Positions 22,126-32,458 of a DNA stretch of 64,000 bases are shown here, piece after piece. The DNA lies in contig JAYFMW010000020.1 of NCBI GenBank assembly GCA_042408215.1, positions 448,001 to 512,000 of the forward strand, in the 5' to 3' direction. Source of the stretch: Microcoleus sp. GTDB lineage: Bacteria > Cyanobacteriota > Cyanobacteriia > Cyanobacteriales > Microcoleaceae. The translations under genes and the position numbers were made by a program. Each line of letters starts with the position of its first letter. The first letter of the stretch is position 1. Below the pieces are notes generated by a model. It did not search any database. It had not been told where the DNA came from and saw only the letters and a program-made list of their open reading frames with translations.

Positions 22126-22200
22126 ACTACTGACTAATAACTAATGACTAATGACTACTGACTAATGACTACTAACTAATGACTACTGACTAATGACTAA
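22121..22200. repeat. STRR tract (ACTAATG/ACTACTG)n
   Basis: Direct tandem heptamers overlapping the GDSL stop codon. Confidence 0.85.
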
Positions 22201-22882
22201 TACTCGCGATCGGCTCCCAAGTGATGACATCTTCAAATAAAGCTTGATACCCCGCTACATTGGGATGCAGCCCATCTGCAATCAGGTGCGATCGCCACCA
22301 ATCACTGCCCCGATTTATCCATTTATCAAAAATATCTAAATAGGGAATCCCCCGCAACTGACAAGCTAACTTCGTCGCCTCTTTATACCGATATTGGTCG
22401 GTATGATTGTAATACAAACAATCTTGAAAAGGCATTTTACGTTCATCAATCGGCACCATCCCGACAAATATTACCGGGCCAAGTTGTCTGGACAGGTTTA
22501 ATAAATTGTCCAAAACAGTTTTAAAATGTTCAAAATCAGTATAATTGCGCCCCCTCGGCGATTGCACTCTCGCCGTATCGTTGAGGCCTACCGAAAGTAT
22601 AATGGCATCCGGGAGGCGATTTCTGAGCTCGCCACGGTGTCTAAACTCGTTTTCTAGCCGTTGCGCGACTTGATGGGTGCGATCGCCCCGCACTCCCAAA
22701 TTGTAGAGCACGTGCCCAGGGCTGTCGGGACACATCCACTGTCGCCGCAGCCTTTCTACCCAGCCGCCGCCCACACCATCGCCGAAACCGTAGATTAAAC
22801 TGTCTCCGAAAGCTACCAATTTGAGGGGATGAGAATTGCTCCGATGCAATTGGAGAAAGGAATAGGCGGTCGCTGCCTGCAT
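22190..22882 (-). CDS. GDSL/SGNH hydrolase
   Basis: FGDSL, NLGVRGD, GLND, DGLHPN blocks. Confidence 0.92.
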   Translation of the reverse strand: MQAATAYSFLQLHRSNSHPLKLVAFGDSLIYGFGDGVGGGWVERLRRQWMCPDSPGHVLYNLGVRGDRTHQVAQRLENEFRHRGELRNRLPDAIILSVGLNDTARVQSPRGRNYTDFEHFKTVLDNLLNLSRQLGPVIFVGMVPIDERKMPFQDCLYYNHTDQYRYKEATKLACQLRGIPYLDIFDKWINRGSDWWRSHLIADGLHPNVAGYQALFEDVITWEPIASISH

Positions 22883-22963
22883 AACTAATGATACTCTGTA
22901 AATAATTTACGAATTTTTACATACTAAACTAGAATGTAGCATTCAGATAAAGTAGGTAGTCTC

Positions 22964-23194
22964 ATGCTTAAGCGTCCAACTTTCGATTCAACTCAGCTAA
23001 CTCTTCGGGCGGAAGAGCTGATCAGTGCTGCTTCCAACCGATACCGGATTACGGTACAAGTGGCGAACCGCGCCAAACGCCGCCGCTATGAAGATTTTGA
23101 CAATATGGACGATCACCAAATGAAACCGGTGATGCGGGCGATATTTGAGATGTCTGATGAGTTGACTCAGTCAGAAATTATCGGCGATACCTAA
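22964..23194 (+). CDS. rpoZ: RNA polymerase omega subunit
   Basis: [18 protein letters not shown]...KPVMRAI.EMSDEL cyanobacterial omega signature. Confidence 0.93.
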   Translation: MLKRPTFDSTQLTLRAEELISAASNRYRITVQVANRAKRRRYEDFDNMDDHQMKPVMRAIFEMSDELTQSEIIGDT

Positions 23195-23198
23195 TAGT

Positions 23199-23537
23199 CC
23201 ATAGGTGTCAACTTAAAACTGAAACCATCTGTATTTTTCGTTGATATCGAAGTCTCGATCCCCCTAAATCCCCCTTATTAAGGGGGATTTTGAACCCTCC
23301 TAGGGCGTGTTTTCAAACTACTGATTATGAACCATATCTCTCGAAGATCCCCCTAAATCCCCCTTAAAAAAGGGGAGTAGGGTGTGAGTAGGGGGTGACT
23401 TTGAGACTCTTTCTCCCCCCTTGTTAAGGGGGGCCGGGGGGGATCTTCGAGTTTGAAAACACGCCCTAGCCCCCTTGATTAAGGGGGCTAGGGGGGATAG
23501 AGACTTCCATACAAGCGACGTTTATTATGGGTTTTAT
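23199..23537. repeat. Nested GC-rich palindromic MITE-like elements
   Basis: Left arm CCATAGGTGTCAACTTAA as at 6045; inner element CTAGGGCGTGTTTTCAAAC...GTTTGAAAACACGCCCTAG at about 23300-23469. Confidence 0.75.
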
Positions 23538-25085
23538 AAGAAATACCCTGAAAACCCTGTGACTTTAGTCCAGGGATGAAAGGGCGTGGCAGGATTTATC
23601 CTGCCTGTTCGTAAGTTTCAATATAACATAATGTTTAACCGTCCCCGGACAAATACTTCTAGCAATTGAGACAAAGGTAAAGATTTGTTTAGGATTAATT
23701 AACTTGTTAATTCACGATATATACTCAACCTAGTATCATAACAGCCAGTAAATTAAATGTACGCAGTACAAAAAGATGTTTGGCGTTTAAAGGGACTCGA
23801 CAAAACCATTGTCGAACAACTACTAAGATGGTCAAATAATCTGTTTAATGTCGGAACCTATGAAAGTCGGCAACAATACTTTAAAAACCAAATCGCAGTT
23901 AAATATCCAGATTTGTATAAAATCACCAAAACCAACGAAAATTATGGGTTGCTATACTCTCAAGTTGCCCAGCAATCTCTTAAATCTGTCGCGGAATCTT
24001 TTACTTCTTTCCGAGCCTTAGAGAAGTTGGCAAATCAAGGAGAAATCCATCAAAAACCGAGACTACCAAGGTACAGAACCAAAGGGGGAATGTACCCTGT
24101 TTCGTATCCCGGTCAAGCCTTAAAGGTAATTGGAAATAAAGTCAGATTACCCCTAGGGAAAAAAGGAAAAGAATACTTTGGGAAAGATGCTATCTGGGTA
24201 AATTTACCGGAAAGACTGAAGAATTGCCAGATTAAAGAGCTTCGACTAATCCCTAGAAATGGTGAGGTCTGGGTCGAATATGTCCACGAATCCCTGACTG
24301 AACAAGCCCCTAGTTGCAGCTTGGAAGTAACAGGGGTTCTGGGCATCGATCACGGCATCAACAACTGGTTAACTTGTGTCTCTAGCAATGGTAAACCTTT
24401 CATCATTGATGGACATAGACTCAAGTCTTGGAACCAATGGTTTAACAAAGAAAAAGCGAGAGTTCAATCAGAACACGCAATACATAAATTGCCCAAAGGT
24501 TTCTCGTCAAAAAGATTACAACAGTTGTCGGAAAATCGCACTAGAAGGATGAGAGATGCTGTCAACAAAGCAGTTAGAACCATCGTATATTATTGCGAAA
24601 ATCACCAAATCAATGTCTTAGTCTTTGGCTGGAACAAGGGACAGAAGCAAGAAGTTAATATGGGGGGAGTGACTAATCAGAATTTTGTCCAAATACCCAC
24701 TGCTAAAGTCAAAGATAGACTACAACAAGAGTGCGACTTAAGGGGATGGCGATTTGTCGAACAAGACGAATCTTACACATCAAAAGCAAGTTTTTTAGAC
24801 CGAGACATTTTGCCAGTAAAAGTCGGTGAAAAACCTGACAATTGGCAACCATCGGGTAAAAGAATCAAAAGAGGATTGTACTGTTCTAGCGCTGGGTTGT
24901 TAATCAATGCAGATGTTAACGGTGCAGCCAATATCATTAGAAAGTCAAAAGTAGCCATAGACTCAATTCTTGAGCGAGTGGGTAGAGGGTTGCTGACTAA
25001 TCCTTTGAGAATTAAACTTTGGGCGGATTCATCCCCCAAAGTTTGTCCTTAAGAATCCCCGTGTCTTTAGACCGGGGAGTGTCAA
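23538..25085 (+). mobile_element. IS200/IS605-family tnpB-only element (IS1341-like)
   Basis: Starts after TTAT; subterminal hairpins CCCTG..CAGGG (left) and CCCCG..CGGGG (right); ends GTGTCAA; boundaries match the two mini copies. Confidence 0.88.
23757..25052 (+). CDS. tnpB: TnpB RNA-guided nuclease
   Basis: GIDHGINN, ESYTSKASFLD, NADVNGAANI motifs. Confidence 0.9.
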   Translation: MYAVQKDVWRLKGLDKTIVEQLLRWSNNLFNVGTYESRQQYFKNQIAVKYPDLYKITKTNENYGLLYSQVAQQSLKSVAESFTSFRALEKLANQGEIHQKPRLPRYRTKGGMYPVSYPGQALKVIGNKVRLPLGKKGKEYFGKDAIWVNLPERLKNCQIKELRLIPRNGEVWVEYVHESLTEQAPSCSLEVTGVLGIDHGINNWLTCVSSNGKPFIIDGHRLKSWNQWFNKEKARVQSEHAIHKLPKGFSSKRLQQLSENRTRRMRDAVNKAVRTIVYYCENHQINVLVFGWNKGQKQEVNMGGVTNQNFVQIPTAKVKDRLQQECDLRGWRFVEQDESYTSKASFLDRDILPVKVGEKPDNWQPSGKRIKRGLYCSSAGLLINADVNGAANIIRKSKVAIDSILERVGRGLLTNPLRIKLWADSSPKVCP

Positions 25086-25147
25086 TAGCCTCTGAGTGCT
25101 TTGTAAGTTTCTGAAGTTATTCTATTTTTAAAGAAATTATCAAAACC

Positions 25148-25795
25148 GTGAAGAAATTAAAGCAGGGCTTGAGTTTTTTATTCGTTACTTTGAGTGTGGC
25201 GATTTTCACGCTTTTGAGCTGGGTATTGGAATCGGGGGAACTTAGACTGTCGGCTGTAGAACCTTCCCTGCTACCGAGTCAAGAGTCTGTTTCTGTGCAA
25301 CGATTTGCTCAAGAATCCGCGCCGCAGCAACTGAGGGCGCAAGATGCGTGGAAATTTGTGTATGAACGATTGCCTGATTTGCCGATCGCCAATAATTACA
25401 TTTCTCAAGAAACTGGAAAAGTAGACCCCAATAATACTTTAGTCGGACGGTTGATTCGATATCATGTGTTTGTCAAAGGACGGCCGCCCAATTATCGCTT
25501 TGATTGGAAGTTGAGTTTAGCTGACTATTTGGGTGCTACTCCTGATTATTTAGTCGAAAGCGTTTATCCCGGTAAGGACGTTTTGCGTGAAAATCCGATG
25601 GAAGGCGATCGGGCTGCGATTCAAAGTTTAAATAGAACTCAGCGGGATGCTTTGGTTCAAGCTTTGGTTGATGTTTTTAGTGGGAATTCCGGGCGATCGC
25701 GCGCGCCGACGACGGGGGGAAAACCAGAAGGGCGATCGAACTCGCCGCAGATACCGCAGCCGCAGCCCGGTGATGCAAAGTTGCTGGCACCCTAA
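25148..25795 (+). CDS. Conserved cyanobacterial exported hypothetical protein
   Basis: N-terminal hydrophobic segment; RLIRYH..VKGR..YRFDWKL motif. Confidence 0.7.
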   Translation: MKKLKQGLSFLFVTLSVAIFTLLSWVLESGELRLSAVEPSLLPSQESVSVQRFAQESAPQQLRAQDAWKFVYERLPDLPIANNYISQETGKVDPNNTLVGRLIRYHVFVKGRPPNYRFDWKLSLADYLGATPDYLVESVYPGKDVLRENPMEGDRAAIQSLNRTQRDALVQALVDVFSGNSGRSRAPTTGGKPEGRSNSPQIPQPQPGDAKLLAP

Positions 25796-26046
25796 GATTT
25801 GGTTTCGGTTAGTTCGCGATCGCACGGGTGGTCAGAAACCGGTTTTTTAGGAGAATACAGGTTACAGCCCCCAGAAACGGGCAAACTACTTCGACACTTC
25901 CGGCGAATCGGAATGATTTAACCTTTCTAGAACGCAGAGAACGCAGAGGGAGATCGGAGAGAGATGAATAATTCCGATGAAGAGAGGATTTGATATCAGT
26001 GATTCACCCAATCTAAAATCCAAAATCTAAAATCTAAAATTGATCG

Positions 26047-26412
26047 ATGGAACGTGTAATTAAGACTGGTGACGGATGGCGTTTGGGATGGCACCCGGAT
26101 GCGACGGAGTTTCAGGGTTTGGTGGGGGGGGATGGTTGGGCGATCGAGCTAACCGAGGCTGAGTTGAACGATTTTTGCCGACTGTTAGCACAGTTAGCCG
26201 CCACCATGAGTCAAATGGCGAGTGAGTTGATGGATGAGGAAAAAATCGCCATTGAAGCCGAAAGCGATTTGCTGTGGGTGCAGGTAGAAGGCTATCCCCA
26301 AGCTTACAGCGTGCAGTTGATCTTGAGTGCTGGTAGGAGGTGCGAGGGTTTTTGGTCGATCGCAGCCGCGCCCGGTTTGGTGCAGGCGACAAAAGTTTTA
26401 AAAGTTTTTTGA
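26047..26412 (+). CDS. DUF1818-family protein
   Basis: GWRLGW...LVGG..WAIELT..E, LMDEE.I motifs. Confidence 0.8.
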   Translation: MERVIKTGDGWRLGWHPDATEFQGLVGGDGWAIELTEAELNDFCRLLAQLAATMSQMASELMDEEKIAIEAESDLLWVQVEGYPQAYSVQLILSAGRRCEGFWSIAAAPGLVQATKVLKVF

Positions 26413-26459
26413 TTTTTTTTTGACTTTTTCCTGAATTGATGATATGCTGTTAAAGCTGT

Positions 26460-26533
26460 CGGGACGTAGCGCAGCTTGGTAGCGCACTACTTTGGGGTAG
26501 TAGGGGTCGCAGGTTCAAATCCTGTCGTTCCGA
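26460..26533 (+). tRNA. tRNA-Pro (anticodon GGG)
   Basis: Acceptor stem CGGGACG/CGTTCCG, D-arm AGCTTGGTAG, anticodon stem CTACT/AGTAG with loop TTGGGGT, GGTTCAAATCC T-arm. Confidence 0.96.
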
Positions 26534-26726
26534 TTCAGGAAACCCGCTCATTGAGCGGGTTTTACTGTTTTTATACGCAAATTGCTTTCTTTTGCGGTTC
26601 TCACTCTTGGGGTGACAGAATATGTCAAACTCAGACATTGAGTGAGATCAAATTGAGATCTGCCCAAAGGCTCTGTAAATGCGGTGCGCTGAGCGTAGTC
26701 GAAGCGTAGTCGAAGCGTAGAAGTTT

Positions 26727-27525
26727 GTGAACTAACCTGACGGTCAACTGGGTACAGTTAGACCGCAGGCTTCTTTTTCCCTTTTTTCAAGGGCTTTTTT
26801 GAGTGACGAAGTTCCCCCGCCACTTGCGGAATTTAGACCAATTATTTTGATAAGTTTGGCTGAATTTTCATCTCGATCCAAAGACTCGCTGCACTGACAA
26901 GAATGCCATCGGTATGATAATTCTTTAGGTACTTTATTGAGGCAATTCCAACAGTGTTGAGAGGTTCCTTTCGGGTCAACGAATAGAACGCTTTTACCTA
27001 ATTTCCAAGCAACGTATTTGAGCGCAACAGCAAATTGACCATGAGCAGCATCAAGCATTGATTTATTCAAACCACTTTTAGCCGCTTGACCATTTAGCAA
27101 ATAAACTAAATTGCCATCCTCAATGCCAGTCTTGACCTGAGCGCGTCTAGTTAGATTCTTGAGCCTCAAATCTTCAACAACTAATATCGTTTCCGGTTGC
27201 ATCGGAATGATACCGAGTGACAAGACAGTCGTGTCCCTACCCCATTAATTGTAGGGACACGACTGTCTTGTCACTCCGTTTAGATCATTCCGATGAAGAG
27301 AGGATTTAATATAAAACGTCACACTTGCCGAATAAGTTATGTGCTGCCTTGAATTGGAAATCTAGTCGGGATCTAGCTACAAATTGATGAAGTTTAGAAA
27401 TCTTACCCTTGATAATTTTCCAAGGCTTAGATCCCTTAACTCTATCAGCTAGTTTCGCTTGAAGTCTTGCTAATTTCTCGGCAGATTTCCTCAAAAATCT
27501 AGGGTTTTCGATTCGTTCCCCACCT
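26727..27525 (-). pseudogene. tnpB: 5'-truncated tnpB interrupted by a MITE
   Basis: IENPRF...CDVL|VVEDL...KSGLNKSMLDAA...CWNC...DRDENSA; right end GTTCAC at about 26727. Confidence 0.85.
27185..27311. mobile_element. Palindromic MITE flanked by a TAA/TTA duplication
   Basis: Removing it restores tnpB CDVLVVEDL; internal GTGACAAGACAGTCGTGTCCCTAC/GTAGGGACACGACTGTCTTGTCAC palindrome; relative at about 25905-25995. Confidence 0.8.
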
Positions 27526-27650
27526 GTTGGTGAGCGGCATAAGTGGTGGATTTTTGTTTCGAGTCGGCCCGCATTGAACAAGCCAAACTCGATTGGACAG
27601 AGGGACGGTTTGGTCAGGTTCCTCAAGAGACAGAATTTATCCCAGAATAG
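27526..27650 (+). pseudogene. Pirin-family C-terminal remnant
   Basis: GERHKWWIFVSS, then after a frameshift IEQAKLDWTEGRFGQVPQETEFIP. Confidence 0.65.
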
Positions 27651-27960
27651 CCCCAGCAATCTAACAGGACTTATAGCCTTTCTCAGGTAGATGAGATACG
27701 ATGTAACTAATTTGAACGGAGTGCAAAATATTGAACGCCTCAAGGTCACACAGCTCTAATTCAATGGAGGGATCGCGCGCCCCGATCGCTCATGCGCCAT
27801 CGGCTCACAGTCATTGAGCTGCTCACAGGAGTCGATCGCTCACATCTATCAATGATTGCAGAAAGCATCATACATTACTAAAAATGAAATCTTATTCTGT
27901 TGACTATGGTTATGGAATGATGCAGTCTCATAGACGACAAAGTAAATTATAAAGAATCGC

Positions 27961-28359
27961 TCAATCAACAAATTCAGAACCCAGACTCCAGTTCAAAATT
28001 CCAGCTACTTGAATCGGTAAAGTCATTGCATTAAATGGCTTAGCAAGCACACCCGCAATCCCGAAGGCTTGCAGTTGATGCGACAAAAAGCTTTTGGCTT
28101 TTGCCGTAATGAAGATAACTGGAATGGATGCACTAAATGGGTCTTTTTTAAGTTTTTGAATAAAATTTATCCCATCCGTTTCTAAGTTGGGTGTATCTAG
28201 AAGAATGGCATCCACACGCTCAATAGACAGCTTTTTTAAGCCTGCTTGGATAGAAGCAACGGATATAATCTGCCAACCACCAAAACTGCTTAAACAAATC
28301 TGCAAAACTTCTCGAACAGAAGTCTCATGGTCAATGAGCAAAATCTGCTTATGAGACAT
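27961..28359 (-). CDS. Single-domain response regulator (atypical acidic pocket)
   Basis: ILLIDHE, ILLD, FITAK, KPF. Confidence 0.8.
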   Translation of the reverse strand: MSHKQILLIDHETSVREVLQICLSSFGGWQIISVASIQAGLKKLSIERVDAILLDTPNLETDGINFIQKLKKDPFSASIPVIFITAKAKSFLSHQLQAFGIAGVLAKPFNAMTLPIQVAGILNWSLGSEFVD

Positions 28360-28447
28360 AAAATAAACCGCTTCAACCCTAGAGCTTTTAAAAGATAGCC
28401 TAGAAATATAAGAAATTGATGAGAACAATGTAGCTTCAAGAGAGTCT

Positions 28448-28825
28448 CTAAACGCTCCACCCTAAAAATTGAGCCACCTGTTTCCAAACTTGTCTTGAAT
28501 TGAACGGCTTAATAATCACTCCGGCTACCCCCATTGCAGCAAAGCGACGACGATCGCTAGGCAATGCTTTAGCCGTCAGCAAAACAACTGGAATCATCTG
28601 AGTTTTTAGATCGGCTTGCAGATGCTCAAAGCACTCGAACCCGTCCATATCGGGCATTGAAATATCGAGAATGATGGCATCAAAGGGTTCTGCCTTCGCT
28701 TTGAGCAAACCTTCGCTGCCAGACTCGGCCTTCATCACTTGCCAACCACCAAAGCCTTCGAGGGACATCTGTATCACGTCTCGAATGTCCGCTTCATCAT
28801 CAATCACCAGGATGTGTTTCGTCAT
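28448..28825 (-). CDS. CheY-like single-domain response regulator
   Basis: ILVIDDE, IILDISMPDMDG, LLTAK, KPF. Confidence 0.92.
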   Translation of the reverse strand: MTKHILVIDDEADIRDVIQMSLEGFGGWQVMKAESGSEGLLKAKAEPFDAIILDISMPDMDGFECFEHLQADLKTQMIPVVLLTAKALPSDRRRFAAMGVAGVIIKPFNSRQVWKQVAQFLGWSV

Positions 28826-28852
28826 AATACTGCCCTTTTTTTGTCAAATCTC

Positions 28853-29914
28853 CTAAGTTGATGGTGTCGGGGGGAGCGCTATCTCTTGCTTCAAATCAGC
28901 TAGCAGTTGTGAGAAGCGGGCCGCTTGCCGTTCTTCTAGCAATGAATTGTTTTTGAGGAGATGTTCGATCGAACGAGCAATCTTCGATCCTTTCGGGTAA
29001 CCAAACGTTCCCAGTCCACCTACTAACTTATGCGCTTCTTCTCTGGCATTCTCTTGTTGTTCTGGACTCAAATCATGTGTCTGTAGCGCGAATTTCATTT
29101 CCTCCAAGACTCTAACCCTCGACTCTAAGGACAGTCTAAATCGCTCTTCCACAGCATCCACTGAAGCTAACACTGTTTCGTGCGTTTGAGTTTCCTTCTC
29201 CTCTTTGCTCTCCTGTACCTCTGCGCTCTTTTCGACCGTCGGTGCTGCCTTCAAACGATATCCTAACCCATGAATTGTCTCAATCACTTCTTCAGTAATT
29301 CCTGCTGCTTTTAGCCGAATTCGCAGGTCTTTGATCAAAGTTGTTACGGCTGCCTCCGAAGGCGATTGGTCGATCGACCAAAGCCGATCGATAATGGCAG
29401 TGCGGCTAAAAATGCGCTGAGGATGTCGCAGAAATAGTTCGAGCAGAGTGTACTCTTTGGGTCTAAAGGTGATTTCCTGCTGCTTATAGGTTACTTGCAT
29501 CAAGGTAGGATCTAAACACAAATACCCCCAACTCAAGACGGGAGCAGTAGCACTATCCCCACGACGCAATAATGCCCGTATCCGTGCCAAGAGTTGATTG
29601 GGATTAAATGGTTTGATGACATAATCGTCTGCTCCAGCATCCAACCCTGCGATCGCATCCTCATTGGAATTTTGAGCAGTGAGCATCAGAATCGGAGTCC
29701 AATTGCCTTGGGAGCGCAGTTGACGACAGAGGCTAATTCCATCCAGTTTGGGAATTAATACATCGAGCAAAATCAGATCGTAATCCCACTGCATTAAGAA
29801 CTCCAATGCCAATTGTCCATCGCTCGCTAAATCGACGGCATAGCGATGGGTAGTGAGATTCGCCCAGAGAAGCGCTGCGATTGCTCGATCATCCTCAACT
29901 AATAGAATTTTCAT
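28853..29914 (-). CDS. OmpR-family response regulator with C-terminal Hpt domain
   Basis: Receiver domain, winged helix (IETIHGLGYRL), EAHKLVGGLGTFG Hpt motif. Confidence 0.9.
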   Translation of the reverse strand: MKILLVEDDRAIAALLWANLTTHRYAVDLASDGQLALEFLMQWDYDLILLDVLIPKLDGISLCRQLRSQGNWTPILMLTAQNSNEDAIAGLDAGADDYVIKPFNPNQLLARIRALLRRGDSATAPVLSWGYLCLDPTLMQVTYKQQEITFRPKEYTLLELFLRHPQRIFSRTAIIDRLWSIDQSPSEAAVTTLIKDLRIRLKAAGITEEVIETIHGLGYRLKAAPTVEKSAEVQESKEEKETQTHETVLASVDAVEERFRLSLESRVRVLEEMKFALQTHDLSPEQQENAREEAHKLVGGLGTFGYPKGSKIARSIEHLLKNNSLLEERQAARFSQLLADLKQEIALPPTPST

Positions 29915-30006
29915 CGGTTAAGCTGCTACGCAGCTAAATTTAATCACCAGAATCTTCTGGTATCCCGGCAATTATACAGTATCCCTGACCGAACGTCAGG
30001 GGGTTA

Positions 30007-30294
30007 TTGCCATCAGTCCTGGGCCTAAAGGCGTGAGGATTCTTAAGATATTTCGGTCTTAATATCCCTATTGCGCTTAGTTCCCTGGCTGACCACGTTT
30101 GCACGTTACGTGCGTAGTCATATCGACCTAGTGAATGTTTTGGGCGTAGACTTTCCCCCAGTCCGGGGGTAGGTTTTTAAATCTTGTCTGATGTGCTTAT
30201 TCTACCATATTCATTTGTTGAGATAGATGTGTTACATTACTTAACAATGGAAAAAGCCGTCCTAAAAGGGCGGGGTTTTAAACCCAATTTTCTG
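30007..30294 (-). mobile_element. Protein-free IS200/IS605 mini-element (family C) with putative omegaRNA
   Basis: Minus strand TTAT|CAGAAAATTGGG...CCCCGCCCTTTTAGGACGG left end; degenerate right end AAGAATCCTCACGCCTTTAGGC...TGGCAA. Confidence 0.65.
30199..30207 (-). promoter_or_regulatory. Extended -10 promoter candidate TGGTAGAAT in mini-element C
   Basis: TGn-TAGAAT match upstream of the structured region. Confidence 0.45.
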
Positions 30295-30535
30295 ATAAAA
30301 AATCGCCTAAATACCTGTGCTATTGTCAGGATGAGAACGACTAGAAGAATTTTGCCGATCGGGAAGCCTGAAAAATCGATATTGATAGTTTTTAGCGTAT
30401 CTAAAATGGGTTCCATGATGAGTTGGTCTCCTTGTATATGGTTGATAGGCGATCGCGTAGTTGGCTGTAGGCGATCGCGCTATTCAGTTACTTACTGGAT
30501 TGAGTCAGATGAAATTAGAGGAAATCTTATCGGTT

Positions 30536-32458
30536 TTATTTCCTTAATTGAACCGACAAAATGCTCTCCTTGTGCAAAATCACTAGCTCATGGTTGCAGC
30601 TTCGTAACACAGTGATTCTTTCCTTGAAAACTTCCTGCCACATCTTCATGGCACAATAGTTTTTGATGGGGTTGTAATACAAGTCATTATCTTCGACTCT
30701 AAGAACCACAGCAAAAATACCACCGGGTTTGAGAATCCGAATCAGTTCCTCAAAGCTTTCTAAAGGAACTTGATTGCGAGTGAAAACGCCAGTTGATACT
30801 AAAGCATCAAAGGTATTATCTGCAAAAGAAAGAGTTTCACCCAACTCTTCTAGTTGCAACGCGTTGTAGATACCCTGGTCTTTTAATAAGTCTAAAGACT
30901 TTTGGCTAATATCGAGTCCTTGCAGATTTTTGAAGCCGTAAGAATTGAGTTCTCGACCTAATAATCCTGTCCCACACCCTATATCTAAAATCAAAGCATC
31001 TTTCTTTAAATACGATAGGAGGGTGTAAGCAATATGGTTCAGTAAAACTGTCCAGCCGTTATCGTAATGTTCCTGGTCATAAAATGATACCCAAGTATCG
31101 TATTTTCCCCGGACTTCTTCGATATTTTCAAAGTAGTCTGTTAATCCAGTTGGATAATCTCGATCGTCGTCTTTTCTCAAAATGTTATACAGAACATCTT
31201 TGATAATATAGCCGATTAAATTGAGGTCATCGAAATCAAAAGATGATGGCAACCTCAGATCGCAAGCCGAAGAAATAATCGCTTCTGTTTTTTCCAGACG
31301 GGGTGTTTCTGTGAATGAGTATTGCCAGTTTTTGTAATAACGAGAATTATCGTCTTTGCCAAAAATCTGGATAGCCAAACCCCTCTCGTGAGTTTGTTCA
31401 ACAAATTTATCGACCTGTTTTGAAGTTAATCCCAAAAGATTAAATTGCAAACTGTCAGGCGCACGTTTCACTTTGTCCAAAGGAGAGGGAATATAAATAT
31501 TTCTGACGGAACTGAGTATTTTTACTAGACGATCGTATCTTTCTATCCCTTGAGATATCTTGTGTTCTAAATGTTTAATTTGAGGTCTTAAGACAGCAGC
31601 CGTTAAGTTACTCATTCGCAAACTGAAATTGGGAACATGAGGCTTCAGTTCTTCAAATAAATTGTCATCTAATGGACGAGCCAAATGTTTCTTGTACAAC
31701 TTTTCGTAAGAACCTGCTGCGAGAATACAATAGGCGGCTAATTGTGGATTATTGGTGGCAATTAAACCCCCTTCACCAGAGTTAAGTAATTTATAACTTT
31801 GGGTACTAAAGCAAGCAATTTTTCCATGATGTCCGACCAAGTTTCCATCCCATTCGGCACCTAGACTATGAGCGCAGTCTTCTATTAAAGAAATTCCGGC
31901 GCGATCGCAAATATTCTTGACAGCATCTAAATCGGGAATATGTCCTCGCATATAGGATAAAACAAAGAACTTTGCGTCTGGATGAGATTCTATTTTACGT
32001 TTGAAGTCTTCCAGATCGATGACATATTCAGAGTTACACTCTATGTAAATAGGGACTCCACCTGCATGAACGATACTACTAGGAACTGCTGTGAAGGTAA
32101 AAGCATTAGTCAATACTTTATTTCCATGCTTGACGCCACCTGCTTTCAGGGCTAAAAAGAGCGCACTTCCACAAGAATTAACTCCTATCACATACTTGTG
32201 TTTTGTGTAGAGACTAAACTCATATTCTAATTTGGCTAATTCGGTTGCCAGTTCCTCATCGTCATCATTTAACTCAGGATGCTGGCGATAATTGCTCAAA
32301 TCATCTGAGAAATTATAGCGATAAAGTCTTCCTGTTTGCATCAATTTTATCGCCTGCTCAATACCAGCTTGAGGAATGGGAGCGGGAGTTTTGAAACTCT
32401 TATTAAAGAGAATCACTGATTGTTGTTCTTTTGTTTGTAGCATAGTGTTATATTTCAT
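30536..32458 (-). CDS. DegT-like PLP enzyme fused to a class I methyltransferase
   Basis: NSCGSAL, IEDCAHSLG, STQSYKLLNSGEGG; C-terminal YDxW, ILDIGCGTG, GLDIS, RILKPGG. Confidence 0.85.
   Translation of the reverse strand: MKYNTMLQTKEQQSVILFNKSFKTPAPIPQAGIEQAIKLMQTGRLYRYNFSDDLSNYRQHPELNDDDEELATELAKLEYEFSLYTKHKYVIGVNSCGSALFLALKAGGVKHGNKVLTNAFTFTAVPSSIVHAGGVPIYIECNSEYVIDLEDFKRKIESHPDAKFFVLSYMRGHIPDLDAVKNICDRAGISLIEDCAHSLGAEWDGNLVGHHGKIACFSTQSYKLLNSGEGGLIATNNPQLAAYCILAAGSYEKLYKKHLARPLDDNLFEELKPHVPNFSLRMSNLTAAVLRPQIKHLEHKISQGIERYDRLVKILSSVRNIYIPSPLDKVKRAPDSLQFNLLGLTSKQVDKFVEQTHERGLAIQIFGKDDNSRYYKNWQYSFTETPRLEKTEAIISSACDLRLPSSFDFDDLNLIGYIIKDVLYNILRKDDDRDYPTGLTDYFENIEEVRGKYDTWVSFYDQEHYDNGWTVLLNHIAYTLLSYLKKDALILDIGCGTGLLGRELNSYGFKNLQGLDISQKSLDLLKDQGIYNALQLEELGETLSFADNTFDALVSTGVFTRNQVPLESFEELIRILKPGGIFAVVLRVEDNDLYYNPIKNYCAMKMWQEVFKERITVLRSCNHELVILHKESILSVQLRK

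Noticed and set aside
30184..30615. 143-aa ORF
   Set aside because: Spans the mini-element end and the antisense strand of a real gene; no recognisable motif
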